Source: Eledone cirrhosa
Taxonomy: Eukaryota
Length of the DNA stretch: 64,000 nucleotides
Direction of reading: 5' to 3'
Assembly: GCA_964016885.1 (NCBI GenBank)
Contig: OZ024741.1
Coordinates: 369,210,001 to 369,274,000, forward strand
Of the stretch, positions 13,471-28,200 are shown piece by piece. The notes under the pieces are model-generated. The model did no database searches. It saw nothing but the letters and a program-made list of their open reading frames with translations, and was not told where the DNA came from. Position 1 is the first letter of the stretch. The number at the start of each line of letters is the position of its first letter. Position numbers and translations under genes: made by a program.

Positions 13471-16104
13471 TCAGTATTAAAGTTACAATGTTAAGTTCCT
13501 TTCTTGGCTTAAAAACTGTAGAGTCTACAGTGTAGACTTTCATGTGGTACTTTTGATTAATATTCCCTCAACCAACAGTATGCCTTATGAAGTTAAGAAA
13601 ACATAACCATAACCCGAATGTTAAAACAAAAGGGAATGCTGGGGATAAAAACTGCACTGGTAATCTATTAACAAAAAATCGAAAATGTAAACACTACAAC
13701 ACTTGTCTCAGAGAAACACATCAGCGTAACCAAACTATCAGTTATTTTGAAACAAAGAAATTGGATGGAAATGAAAAAAAAAAAAAAAAAAAAAAAAAAA
13801 ATGCGTTATCTGTCTGTCGTTCAAAATCAGTGCTTCTAAATGAAAATCTCTCATAAGGCTTTATTCGAGATCAATGCTTTTTTTACAAAATATTTGATTG
13901 TTTTACGGTGTATTCAAATAGGCTTGTTTTCAAGTAAAAATATTGTTTTAAAAGACCTTTTAATGGAAATGAAGCAAAATGGAAGCTTAATGTTGAAATT
14001 TCGAACTCATGAATTTTGCAGGTTAAAATTTTGCTGGCCCGAAAGTTGTTTGTGTATTTTTGTACTTTTGCACGTGTCGTTTATTCGTAACGTAAATAGA
14101 TAGACAGAATGACGCCATAAAAGGGAAATAACTCGTCTTGCATCTCTATTTATACATTCGAACTGAAAAATCAATACATTACAAATTCGACAAAAAAAGT
14201 TGTAATGCCTTATGATGATATTTGCCACAACATTCCCTTGGACTGCTTCGGTTACTCTCTGTGATACAATACACAAACAAATATTAACATTCATAACACA
14301 ACATATATCCATAAAACTCTCTCCTATTAACTATCCTCTTAACCTATTTTTAAACTTTTGACAATCACATATACCTCTCTCCTCTATAGCAATTGTCTCT
14401 AGCTTACATTTCCCCCTCTTCGCCACCCCCATCGGAACACTTGACCAGTCCTTTAACATAATTGAGATACACACACATATAAACAGAAACATTTCCGCTC
14501 TCTAAAAATAATTTTGTTCTGTGAAAAGACACAACTACCAGTACTACTACTACTACTACTACTACTACTATGACTACTTCTCTCTCTATATACATAAGGT
14601 TCCATTTTAGACCAGTCTCCTTCTCAACATGAAAGATGAACAGACCTTCTTCAACACTTAATTTTAAATTTTAAAAAGATTAGATTAGGTACAACATATC
14701 TCTATGAAGTAACTACAAGGGTTGGAGTCAAAAAGGGCATCAGACTGTAAAATATTGCCTCAAAATGTCCTGTCCAACCAATGCTCGCATGGAAAATGAT
14801 GTGGGTGAAAATGATGGAAAGTGATGATGATGTGGTTTATTTTTATAAGTTACAATTAGTTGAAAAGATATTAAATTAAATTAAATCAGCAAACATATAT
14901 GCAATATAACAATGTGCTTCTTTCAGAAGTCTGCACTTAGTTTACAAGTTTCATGCATAAAATGAAAAAATATCTAAAACTATAACAACATAAACAAATG
15001 TAATATTTTAAACAAAGAATGGAAAAGAAAGGAGCTGATCATCAGATTGAATCAAGGAAACAATGTTCCCATTGGTTTTTCTATTGTTGATACTATCTGC
15101 TGGTCACAACTCCAGAAATAAAAATGCAGGTTTAACTGACCTCCTATGACATCACAACTCCTAGTAGAAGAATCACCAATTTTCTAGTAACAGGAGGCAG
15201 GATTTGAACTTAGGACGCACAAAACTGAAAGGATGAAATACAAAGTTGACCTTCGCAGGATTGAAACTCAAAGTAGAATATGCCAGTTCAAATACTGAGA
15301 AATTTAACGGGTCTGCCAATTCAGCAGAGTTCAAATCTCACTGAGGTCAACTTTATCTTCTATCTTTTCAAGGTCAATAAATAAATTACCAGTTCAAGAA
15401 TGGTGGACTGGAGGAATCATTAAACAGCTAGGCAGGATGATTTGTGGTATCTGATCTGACTCTTTGCATTCTGAGTTCTGAATGCAAAGAGTTCAGAACT
15501 TACAGCTGGCAGATAGTAACAGCAGTAGAAGAAACATTATTTCCTTGGTCTGACCTGATAATCGTGCTTCTTTCCTTTTCTATTTTAAACAAATAATTTT
15601 TTTTAAATTGATATAAATTTGTGAAATTTTTAGCAGAAAAATAATATTATGCCGTGTTGGCATAATAAGAATAAGAATAATTATTGTTATGGTAGCACAC
15701 GAGGTATTGAAGTATCAATGAATGTAACATTTTGTTAAGTGTTAAGTGTTAGCCAGTTGTGTCTGTATTAAAGAGGAATGTAAGAAGAAGTGAAGTTCGG
15801 TTGTAAGTCCTGTAGCCACAAAAGAAGTATAAAGCTGTTGTTATGATAAATACCTTGGGAAAAGGATTCTTTCCATATTAAGTCCAGAGGCGATGTCTGC
15901 AGTAAAACATTATAACACCCGATAACATTTTTACATGTTTTTATTTAAAAACCGATTACAAAGTTGAGTTGACATGCCATTTAAAAAGGAACAAACAAAT
16001 TAAGAATTAAGAAGTAAAGAAAGGCGCTGTGCCTGGTCGAATGAAGCTGACAGGCTATAATGAAACATTAACGCTACATGATGGCAAGTGTTGACTGCTA
16101 CAAA

Positions 16105-16248
16105 TTAATTAATTTGTAAACTGAAAGCAAATTTCATGCTTTCATTTTGCTTATCACAGATATTAAGCTCCAAGTATTGCATATCGTATTTGGAGTTAGC
16201 AGAAAGGCATTTACCACTGGCTTCATTGTACAACATCGATGGCACAGA
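16105..16248 (-). CDS. GALNT11: GALNT terminal exon, lectin gamma repeat ([47 protein letters not shown])
   Basis: ttctctcttcag acceptor, LY...SG.CL...IC pattern, TAA at 16107-16105; minus-strand AATAAA near 15940-15945. Confidence 0.8.
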   Translation of the reverse strand, partial: SVPSMLYNEASGKCLSANSKYDMQYLELNICDKQNESMKFAFSLQIN

Positions 16249-19200
16249 CTGAAGAGAGAAAAGTTAAAATATATCATTCAATTTATTCTCACTGTTTTGA
16301 ATAAAATGTTTGAAATCGAAACAAAAAGATCTATACTTTTTCATGTTACATACATTTTAAGCTTTTTATAAAAATACATATTAAAGTAATAAAGATTTCA
16401 GTACTTATTCAAACTTAAAATATTTTAAAAACTTTCAATATTTTATATTTGTGGATAAGAAAAGGACTTTAATCCTATTAAAAGTTTACAATATAAAAAG
16501 AATAGGGATTTTCAGTGTTTTGCACAGATAGTTAAAGGACAGGAGTTATTGAAATTGACATTGAAATAAAATATTTGATATGACTGATTATTAGACTAAC
16601 ATAGCTGCAAGATTCATTAGACCTGTATATCTATCAGGCTCATTAACACATAATTCAGGTCTATTTAACCAACTAATTTGTTAAATCTATTAGACTACCA
16701 CACCTGTAAGATTTAAATCTGAAAACCAGTAGAATAGATTCACCCCTCTTCTTGACATACTAACAAAATGAATTTACCTTGTTCACTGATCATCCTCTTT
16801 CTGTAAATGATATATGTTATTCTAGAATAACATTCCTTTGAAGGATACATTAACAAGTTAAATAATGCATTGGAAATTTAGGTTCAATGCCCTAATTAAT
16901 TTTGAATGTTCTAGAAATGTTAGGTCATGTGACAGCAGGTTATAAAACCAGGCAAAAAGCTTAAGACAAAGATCTAAATCCTTTCTAAATTGACAACAGC
17001 CAGATTTGTATTTTTGCAAGTCTTTCCAGCCAACAATTTCTCTTAAAGATGTGAATTATTGTGTGTTCTTTGGATACAATAGAATTATGTTTTTACAATT
17101 ATGTTTAATTCATTAATACTTACGCCAAAACAGTTGCACACACCACATTACATTACTTTTATTGTAATAAATGTTGGTGTTATTGTGTATATTTATGTAG
17201 TGTAAATAAAAAGAACTTATAATTTCCACACAGTTTTCCTTGCTTCTTATTTAATAGACTCGTATGTTTTTAGCTCTCAGTTACAGTGGAAACCTAGGTT
17301 CATGAACAAATCAGTTCATGAACAATATTTCCAAACATAAAACGTCTCGGTTCACAAATAATGTTTTGAGTAACAAACACACAAGCCAGCAACAAGTTTG
17401 GAGTACTGGCAGAGAAGTGTCACTTGCTGTGTAGTTAGTTACTATGGTGATATCTATCACACACAGTCTCTCTCTCTCTTTCTCACTGTATTTCTCTCAA
17501 CTTTTCATATGGGAAAAATACTTTTGGTTTTCAAACATTGCAGGTGATGAACAGCCTTCAGGAACAAATTAAGTTTGTGAACCAAGGTTCCATTGTATTT
17601 CCTACATTTGAATTTTTTCTCTTGCACATATTCATTACATATCACTATATACTCTATATCAGCGGTCACCAACCTTTCGGACCTCACAGACCACGAAATT
17701 CATAATTTTAAATCCCGCGGACCAGTAATATGAATTAATGGTCAATGGTCGAAACAATACTGAAGCGTGTGTCATATTGTCTATAAATGATACATATGTG
17801 TAAAATTGATTCATGGATGTTAGTTCTTTATTGAGGAGAAACATTTTTCAGTGGGATTATAAAATAATTGTTTCTATTTTTGGCACAAGGCCAGCAATTA
17901 TCACAGTGTATTACTGGTACTTTATTTTATCGACCCCGTAAGGATGAAAAGCAAAGTTAACCTCGGCGGGATTTGAACTCAGATCATAAAGGGCCATAAC
18001 TGTTTGCTGCAAAGCATGGCATCCAAATAATACCCACATTTTCCTGTGTGCAACCAAAATTCTCTTTCGGACAACAAGTGGTCTGCAGACCACTAGTTGG
18101 CGACCGCTGCTCTATATGATTAATATTTATTAAAGTAAACAGACTTACTGAAGTGTACCGTATCCATTTCTGACTTGCTTTATAATTATCACATTTCATT
18201 AAATATGTAAAACTTTTCTTAATTCCAAAATTGGCTTCTAGACATAACATATTGGCTAATTTCAATTGATCATCATCTGTTTCGTACCATAGCTGCAAAT
18301 TTAAAGAAATATAAAATAAAAATAAAACAGATAATGAACACATTGTCTTAGCTTTTATGATTATAGACAAGTTTAGTTTTCTAGCTAATTGGATCTTGTC
18401 AGTATCACCTGTGGTGACGGTAGACACCTAGACAGGATAACCATTTTCTTCATTTGAAGCAGGTAAGTCATTAATCTGGGATGCCACATGTTGCTCCATG
18501 TTCTCTGGTACCAACCTCACCACCACAGTGGCCACAATATCAGACACCACTGCCTGTAACACAGGGGAAACTAAATACTGGGCTTTGTCTGGTACCAATC
18601 TCATCACCACAGTGGCCACAATACCAGACACCACCACATCTAACATAGAGCAAACTAAACACTGGGCGTTGTCTGGTACCAACCTCATCACTGCAGTGGC
18701 CACAGTACCAGACACCACTGCCAGTAACATAGAGCAAACTAAACACTGGGCGTTGTCTGGTACCAACCTCATCACTGCAGTGGCCACAATACCAGACACC
18801 ACTGCCAGTAACATAGAGGAAACTAAGTACTGGGCTTTGTCTGGTACCAACCTCATCACTGCAGTGGCCACAATACCAGACACCACCACATCTAACATAG
18901 AGGAAACTAAATACTGGGCTTTGTCTGGTACCAACCTCATCACTGCAGTGGCCACAGTACCAGACACCACTGCCAGTAACATAGAGGAAACTAAATACTG
19001 GGCTTGGTCTGGTACCAACCTCATCACTGCAGTGGTTACAATACCAGACACCACTGCCAGTAACATAGAGGAAACTAAATACTGGGCTTTGTCTGGTACC
19101 AACCTCATCACTGCAGTGGCCACAGTACCAGACACCACTGCCAGTAACATAGAGGAAACTAAACACTGGGCGTTGTCTGGTACCAACCTCATCACTGCAG

Positions 19201-22200
19201 TGGCCACAATACCAGACACCACTGCCAGTAACATAGAGGAAGCTAAATACTGGGCTTTGTCTGGTACCAACCTCATCACTACAGTGGCCACAATACCAGA
19301 CACCACCACATCTAACATAGAGGAAACTAAACACTGGGCGTTGTCTGGTACCAACCTCATCACTGCAGTGGCCACAGTACCAGACACCACTGCCTCTAAC
19401 ATAGAGGAAACTAAACACTGGGCGTTGTCTGGTACCAACCTCATCATTGCAGTGGCCACAATACCAGACACCACTGCCTCTAACATAGAGGAAACTAAAC
19501 ACTGGGCGTTGTCTGGTACCAACCTCATCACTTGCAGTGGCCACAGTACCAGACACCACTGCCTCTAACATAGAGGAAACTAAATACTGGGCTTTGTCTG
19601 GTACCAACCTCATCACTGCAGTGGCCAGAGTACCAGACACCACTGCCAGTAACATGGAGGAAACTAAATACTGGGCTTTGTCTGGTACCAACCTCATCAC
19701 TGCAGTGGCCACAGTACCAGACACCACTGCCAGTAACATAGAGGAAACTAAATACTGGGCTTTGTCTGGTACCAACCTCATCACTGCAGTGGCCACAGTA
19801 CCAGACACCACTGCCAGTAACATAGAGGAAACTAAATACTGGGCTTTGTCTGGTACCAACCTCATCACTGCAGTGGCCACAGTACCAGACACCACTGCCA
19901 GTAACATAGAGGAAACTAAATACTGGGCTTTGTCTGGTACCAACCTCATCACTGCAGTGGCCACAGTACCAGACACCACTGCCAGTAACATAGAGGAAAC
20001 TAAATACTGGGCTTTGTCTGGTACCAACCTCATCATTGCAGTGGCCACAATACCAGACACCACTGCCTGTAACATAGAGGAAACTAAATACTGGGCTTTG
20101 TCTGGTACCAACCTCATCACTGCAGTGGCCACAATACCAGACACCACTGCCAGTAACATAGAGGAAACTAAATACTGGGCTTTGTCTGGTACCAACCTCA
20201 TCACTGCAGTGGCCACAATACCAGACACCACTGCCTGTAACATAGAGGAAACTAAATACTGGGCTTTGTCTGGTACCAACCTCATCACTGCAGTGGTCAC
20301 AGTACCAGACACCACTGCCTCTAACATAGAGGAAACTAAATACTGGGCGTTGTCTGGTACCAACCTCATCACTGCAGTGGTCACAGTACCAGACACCACT
20401 GCCTCCAACATAGAGGAAACTAAATACTGGGCGTTGTCTGGTACCAACCTCATCACTGTAGTGGCCACAGTACCAGACACCACTGCCAGTAACATAGAGG
20501 AAACTAAATACTGGGCTTTGTCTGGTACCAACCTCATCACTGCAGTGGTCACAGTACCAGACACCACTGCCTCTAGCATAGAGGAAACTAAATACTGGGC
20601 GTTGTCTGGTACCAACCTCATCACTGCAGTGGCCACAGTACCAGACACCACTGCCAGTAACATAGAGGAAACTAAATACTGGGCTTTGTCTGGTACCAAC
20701 CTCATCATTGCAGTGGCCACAGTACCAGACACCACTGCCTCTAACATAGAGGAAACTAAATACTGGGCGTTGTCTGGTACCAACCTCATCACTGCAGTTG
20801 CCACAGTACCAGACACCACTGCCTCTAACATAGAGGAAACTAAATACTGGGCTTTGTCTGGTACCAACCTCATCACTGCAGTGGTCACAGTACCAGACAC
20901 CACTGCCAGTAACATAGAGGAAACTAAACACTGGGCGTTGTCTGGTACCAACCTCATCACTGCAGTTGCCACAGTACCAGACACCACTGCCTCTAACATA
21001 GAGGAAACTAAATACTGGGCTTTGTCTGGTACCAACCTCATCACTACAGTGGCCACAATACCAGACACCACTGCCAGTAACATAGAGGAAACTAAATACT
21101 GGGCTTTGTCTGGTACCAACCTCATCACTGCAGTGGCCACAATACCAGACACCACTGCCTCTAACATAGAGGAAACTAAACACTGGGCGTTGTCTGGTAC
21201 CAACCTCATCACTGCAGTGGCCACAGTACCAGACACCACTGCCAGTAACATAGAGGAAACTAAATACTGGGCTTTGTCTGGTACCAACCTCATCACTGCA
21301 GTGGCCACAATACCAGACACCACTGCCAGTAAAATAGAGGAAACTAAATACTGTGCTTTGTCTGGTACCAACCTCATCACTGCAGTGGCCACAGTACCAG
21401 ACACCACTGCCAGTAACATAGAGGAAACTAAATACTGGGCTTTGTCTGGTACCAACCTCATCACTGCAGTGGTCACAGTACCAGACACCACTGCCAGTAA
21501 CATAGAGGAAACTAAATACTGGGCTTTGTCTGGTACCAACCTCATCACTGCAGTGGCCACAATACCAGACACCACTGCCTGTAACATAGAGGAAACTAAA
21601 TACTGGGCTTTGTCTGGTACCAACCTCATCACTGCAGTGGTCACAGTACCAGACACCACTGCCTCTAACATAGAGGAAACTAAATACTGGGCGTTGTCTG
21701 GTACCAACCTCATCACTGTAGTGGCCACAGTACCAGACACCACTGCCAGTAACATAGAGGAAACTAAATACTGGGCTTTGTCTGGTACCAACCTCATCAC
21801 TGCAGTGGTCACAGTACCAGACACCACTGCCTCTAGCATAGAGGAAACTAAATACTGGGCTTTGTCTGGTACCAACCTCATCACTGCAGTGGCCACAATA
21901 CCAGACACCACTGCCTGTAACATAGAGGAAACTAAATACTGGGCGTTGTCTGGTACCAACCTCATCACTGCAGTGGTCACAGTACCAGACACCACTGCCT
22001 GTAACATAGAGGAAACTAAATACTGGGCGTTGTCTGGTACCAACCTCATCACTGCAGTGGTCACAGTACCAGACACCACTGCCTGTAACATAGAGGAAAC
22101 TAAATACTGGGCTTTGTCTGGTACCAACCTCATCACTGCAGTGGTCACAGTACCAGACACCACTGCCTCTAGCATAGAGGAAACTAAATACTGGGCTTTG

Positions 22201-25200
22201 TCTGGTACCAACCTCATCACTGCAGTGGCCACAATACCAGACACCACTGCCTCTAACATAGAGGAAACTAAATACTGGGCGTTGTCTGGTACCAACCTCA
22301 TCACTGCAGTGGCCACAATACCAGACACCACTACCTGTAACATAGATGAAACTAAATACTGGGCGTTGTCTGGTACCAACCTCATCACTGCAGTGGTCAC
22401 AATACCAGACACCACTGCCTGTAACATAGAGGAAACTAAATACTGGGCGTTGTCTGGTACCAACCTCATCACTGCAGTGGTCACAACACCAGACACCACT
22501 GCCAGTAACATAGAGGAAACTAAATACTGGGCGTTGTCTGGTACCAACCTCATCACCACAGTGGCCACAGTACCAGACACCACTGCCAGTAACATAGAGG
22601 AAACTAAATAATGGGCGTTGTCTGGTACCAACCTCATCACTGCAGTGGCCACAGTTCCAAACACCACTGCCTCTAACATAGAGGAAACTAAATACTGGGC
22701 TTTGTCTGGTACCAACCTCATCACTGCAGTGGCCACAATACCAGACACCACTGCCAGTAACATAGAGGAAACTAAATACTGGGCGTTGTCTGGTACCAAC
22801 CTCATCACTGCAGTGGCCACAGTACCAGACACCACTGCCAGTAACATAGAGGAAACTAAATACTGGGCTTTGTCTGGTACCAACCTCATCATTGCAGTGG
22901 CCACAGTACCAGATACCACTGCCTCTAACATAGAGGAAACTAAATACTGGGCGTTGTCTGGTACCAACCTCATCACTGCAGTTGCCACAGTACCAGACAC
23001 CACTGCCTCTAACATAGAGGAAACTAAATACTGGGCTTTGTCTGGTACCAACCTCATCACTGCAGTGGCCACAATACCAGACACCACTGCCTCTAACATA
23101 GAGGAAACTAAATACTGGGCTTTGTCTGGTACCAACCTCATCACTGCAGTGGTCACAGTACCAGACACCACTGCCAGTAACATAGAGGAAACTAAACACT
23201 GGGCGTTGTCTGGTACCAACCTCATCACTGCAGTTGCCACAGTACCAGACACCACTGCCTCTAACATAGAGGAAACTAAATACTGGGCTTTGTCTGGTAC
23301 CAACCTCATCACTGCAGTGGTCACAGTACCAGACACCACTGCCAGTAACATAGAGGAAACTAAACACTGGGCGTTGTCTGGTACCAACCTCATCACTGCA
23401 GTGGCCACAGTACCAGACACCACTGCCAGTAACATAGAGGAAACTAAATACTGGGCTTTGTCTGGTACCAACCTCATCACTACAGTGGCCACAATACCAG
23501 ACACCACTGCCAGTAACATAGAGGAAACTAAATACTGGGCTTTGTTTGGTACCAACCTCATCACTGCAGTGGCCACAATACCAGACACCACTGCCTCTAA
23601 CATAGAGGAAACTAAACACTGGGCGTTGTCTGGTACCAACCTCATCACTGCAGTGGCCACAGTACCAGACACCACTGCCTGTAACATAGAGGAAACTAAA
23701 TACTGGGCTTTGTCTGGTACCAACCTCATCACTGCAGTGGCCACAGTACCAAACTCCACTGCCAGTAACATAGAGGAAACTAAATACTGGGCGTTGTCTG
23801 GTACCAACCTCATCACTGCAGTGGCGACAGTACCAGACACCACTGCCAGTAACATAGAGGAAACTAAATATTGGGCGTTGTCTGGTACCAACCTCATCAC
23901 TGCAGTGGCCACAGTACCAGACACCACTGCCAGTAGCATAGAGGAAACTAAATACTGGGCTTTGTCTGGTACCAACCTCATCACTGCAGTGGCCACAATA
24001 CCAGACACCACTGCCAGTAACATAGAGGAAACTAAATACTGGGCTTTGTCTGGTACCAACCTCATCACTGCAGTGGCCACAATACCAGACACCACTGCCA
24101 GTAACATAGAGGAAACTAAATACTGGGCTTTGTCTGGTACCAACCTCATCACTGCAGTGGCCACAGTACCAGACACCACTGCCAGTAACATAGAGGAAAC
24201 TAAATACTGGGCTTTGTCTGGTACCAACCTCATCACTGCAGTGGCCACAGTACCGGACACCACTGCCAGTAACATAGAGGAAACTAAATACTGGGCTTTG
24301 TCTGGTACCAACCTCATCACTGCAGTGGTCACAGTACCAGACACCACTGCCAGTAACATAGAGGAAACTAAATACTGGACGTTGTCTGCTACCAACCTCA
24401 TCACTGCAGTGGCCACAATACCAGACACCACTGCCTGTAACATAGAGGAAACTAAATACTGGGCGTTGTCTGGTACCAACCTCATCACTGCAGTGGCCAC
24501 AGTACCAGACACCACTGCCAGTAACATAGAGGAAACTAAATACTGGGCTTTGTCTGGTACCAACCTCATCACTACAGTGGCCACAATACCAGACACCACT
24601 GCCAGTAACATAGAGGAAACTAAATACTGGGCTTTGTTTGGTACCAACCTCATCACTGCAGTGGCCACAATACCAGACACCACTGCCTCTAACATAGAGG
24701 AAACTAAACACTGGGCGTTGTCTGGTACCAACCTCATCACTGCAGTGGCCACAGTACCAGACACCACTGCCTGTAACATAGAGGAAACTAAATACTGGGC
24801 TTTGTCTGGTACCAACCTCATCACTGCAGTGGCCACAGTACCAAACTCCACTGCCAGTAACATAGAGGAAACTAAATACTGGGCGTTGTCTGGTACCAAC
24901 CTCATCACTGCAGTGGCGACAGTACCAGACACCACTGCCAGTAACATAGAGGAAACTAAATATTGGGCGTTGTCTGGTACCAACCTCATCACTGCAGTGG
25001 CCACAGTACCAGACACCACTGCCAGTAGCATAGAGGAAACTAAATACTGGGCTTTGTCTGGTACCAACCTCATCACTGCAGTGGCCACAATACCAGACAC
25101 CACTGCCAGTAACATAGAGGAAACTAAATACTGGGCTTTGTCTGGTACCAACCTCATCACTGCAGTGGCCACAATACCAGACACCACTGCCAGTAACATA

Positions 25201-28200
25201 GAGGAAACTAAATACTGGGCTTTGTCTGGTACCAACCTCATCACTGCAGTGGCCACAGTACCAGACACCACTGCCAGTAACATAGAGGAAACTAAATACT
25301 GGGCTTTGTCTGGTACCAACCTCATCACTGCAGTGGCCACAGTACCGGACACCACTGCCAGTAACATAGAGGAAACTAAATACTGGGCTTTGTCTGGTAC
25401 CAACCTCATCACTGCAGTGGTCACAGTACCAGACACCACTGCCAGTAACATAGAGGAAACTAAATACTGGACGTTGTCTGCTACCAACCTCATCACTGCA
25501 GTGGCCACAATACCAGACACCACTGCCTGTAACATAGAGGAAACTAAATACTGGGCTTTGTCTGGTACCAACCTCATCACTGCAGTGGTCACAGTACCAG
25601 ACACCACTGCCTCTAAGATAGAGGAAACTAAATACCGGGCGTTGTCTGGTACCAACCTCATCACTGCAGTGGTCACAGTACCAGACACCACTGCCTCTAA
25701 CATAGAGGAAACTAAATACTGGGCGTTGTCTGGTACCAACCTCATCACTGTAGTGGCCACAGTACCAGACACCACTGCCAGTAACATAGAGGAAACTAAA
25801 TATTGGGCTTTGTCTGGTACCAACCTCATCACTGCAGTGGTCACAGTACCAGACACCACTGCCTCTAGCATAGAGGAAACTAAATACTGGGCTTTGTCTG
25901 GTACCAACCTCATCACTGCAGTGGCCACAATACCAGACACCACTGCCTGTAACATAGAGGAAACTAAATACTGGGCGTTGTCTGGTACCAACCTCATCAC
26001 TGCAGTGGTCACAGTACCAGACACCACTGCCTGTAACATAGAGGAAACTAAATACTGGGCGTTGTCTGGTACCAACCTCATCACTGCAGTGGTCACAGTA
26101 CCAGACACCACTGCCTGTAACATAGAGGAAACTAAATACTGGGCTTTGTCTGGTACCAACCTCATCACTGCAGTGGCCACAGTACCAGACACCACTGCCT
26201 CTAACATAGAGGAAACTAAATACTGGGCGTTGTCTGGTACCAACCTCATCACTGTAGTGGCCACAGTACCAGACACCACTGCCAGTAACATAGAGGAAAC
26301 TAAATACTGGGCTTTGTCTGGTACCAACCTCATCACTGCAGTGGTCACAGTACCAGACACCACTGCCTCTAGCATAGAGGAAACTAAATACTGGGCTTTG
26401 TCTGGTACCAACCTCATCACTGCAGTGGCCACAATACCAGACACCACTGCCTCTAACATAGAGGAAACTAAATACTGGGCGTTGTCTGGTACCAACCTCA
26501 TCACTGCAGTGGCCACAATACCAGACACCACTGCCTGTAACATAGATGAAACTAAATACTGGGCGTTGTCTGGTACCAACCTCATCACTGCAGTGGTCAC
26601 AATACCAGACACCACTGCCTGTAACATAGAGGAAACTAAATACTGGGCGTTGTCTGGTACCAACCTCATCACTGCAGTGGTCACAACACCAGACACCACT
26701 GCCAGTAACATAGAGGAAACTAAATACTGGGCGTTGTCTGGTACCAACCTCATCACCACAGTGGCCACAGTACCAGACACCACTGCCAGTAACATAGAGG
26801 AAACTAAATAATGGGCGTTGTCTGGTACCAACCTCATCACTGCAGTGGCCACAGTTCCAAACACCACTGCCTCTAACATAGAGGAAACTAAATACTGGGC
26901 TTTGTCTGGTACCAACCTCATCACTGCAGTGGCCACAATACCAGACACCACTGCCAGTAACATAGAGGAAACTAAATACTGGGCGTTGTCTGGTACCAAC
27001 CTCATCACTGCAGTGGCCACAGTACCAGACACCGCTGCCAGTAACATAGAGGAAACTAAATACTGGGCTTTGTCTGGTACCAACCTCATCATTGCAGTGG
27101 CCACAGTACCAGACACCACTGCCTCTAACATAGAGGAAACTAAATACTGGGCGTTGTCTGGTACCAACCTCATCACTGCAGTTGCCACAGTACCAGACAC
27201 CACTGCCTCTAACATAGAGGAAACTAAATACTGGGCTTTGTCTGGTACCAACCTCATCACTGCAGTGGCCACAATACCAGACACCACTGCCTCTAACATA
27301 GAGGAAACTAAATACTGGGCTTTGTCTGGTACCAACCTCATCACTGCAGTGGTCACAGTACCAGACACCACTGCCAGTAACATAGAGGAAACTAAACACC
27401 GGGCGTTGTCTGGTACCAACCTCATCACTGCAGTTGCCACAGTACCAGACACCACTGCCTCTAACATAGAGGAAACTAAATACTGGGCTTTGTCTGGTAC
27501 CAACCTCATCACTGCAGTGGTCACAGTACCAGACACCACTGCCAGTAACATAGAGGAAACTAAACACTGGGCGTTGTCTGGTACCAACCTCATCACTGCA
27601 GTGGCCACAGTACCAGACACCACTGCCAGTAACATAGAGGAAACTAAATACTGGGCTTTGTCTGGTACCAACCTCATCACTACAGTGGCCACAATACCAG
27701 ACACCACTGCCAGTAACATAGAGGAAACTAAATACTGGGCTTTGTCTGGTACCAACCTCATCACTGCAGTGGCCACAATACCAGACACCACTGCCTCTAA
27801 CATAGAGGAAACTAAACACTGGGCGTTGTCTGGTACCAACCTCATCACTGCAGTGGCCACAGTACCAGACACCACTGCCTGTAACATAGAGGAAACTAAA
27901 TACTGGGCTTTGTCTGGTACCAACCTCATCACTGCAGTGGCCACAGTACCAAACTCCACTGCCAGTAACATAGAGGAAACTAAATACTGGGCGTTGTCTG
28001 GTACCAACCTCATCACTGCAGTGGCGACAGTACCAGACACCACTGCCAGTAACATAGAGGAAACTAAATATTGGGCGTTGTCTGGTACCAACCTCATCAC
28101 TGCAGTGGCCACAGTACCAGACACCACTGCCAGTAACATAGAGGAAACTAAATACTGGGCTTTGTCTGGTACCAACCTCATCACTGCAGTGGCCACAATA

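Noticed and set aside
15654-15917. Possible solo LTR (TGTT...AACA)
   Set aside because: No matching target-site duplication or second copy in the window.
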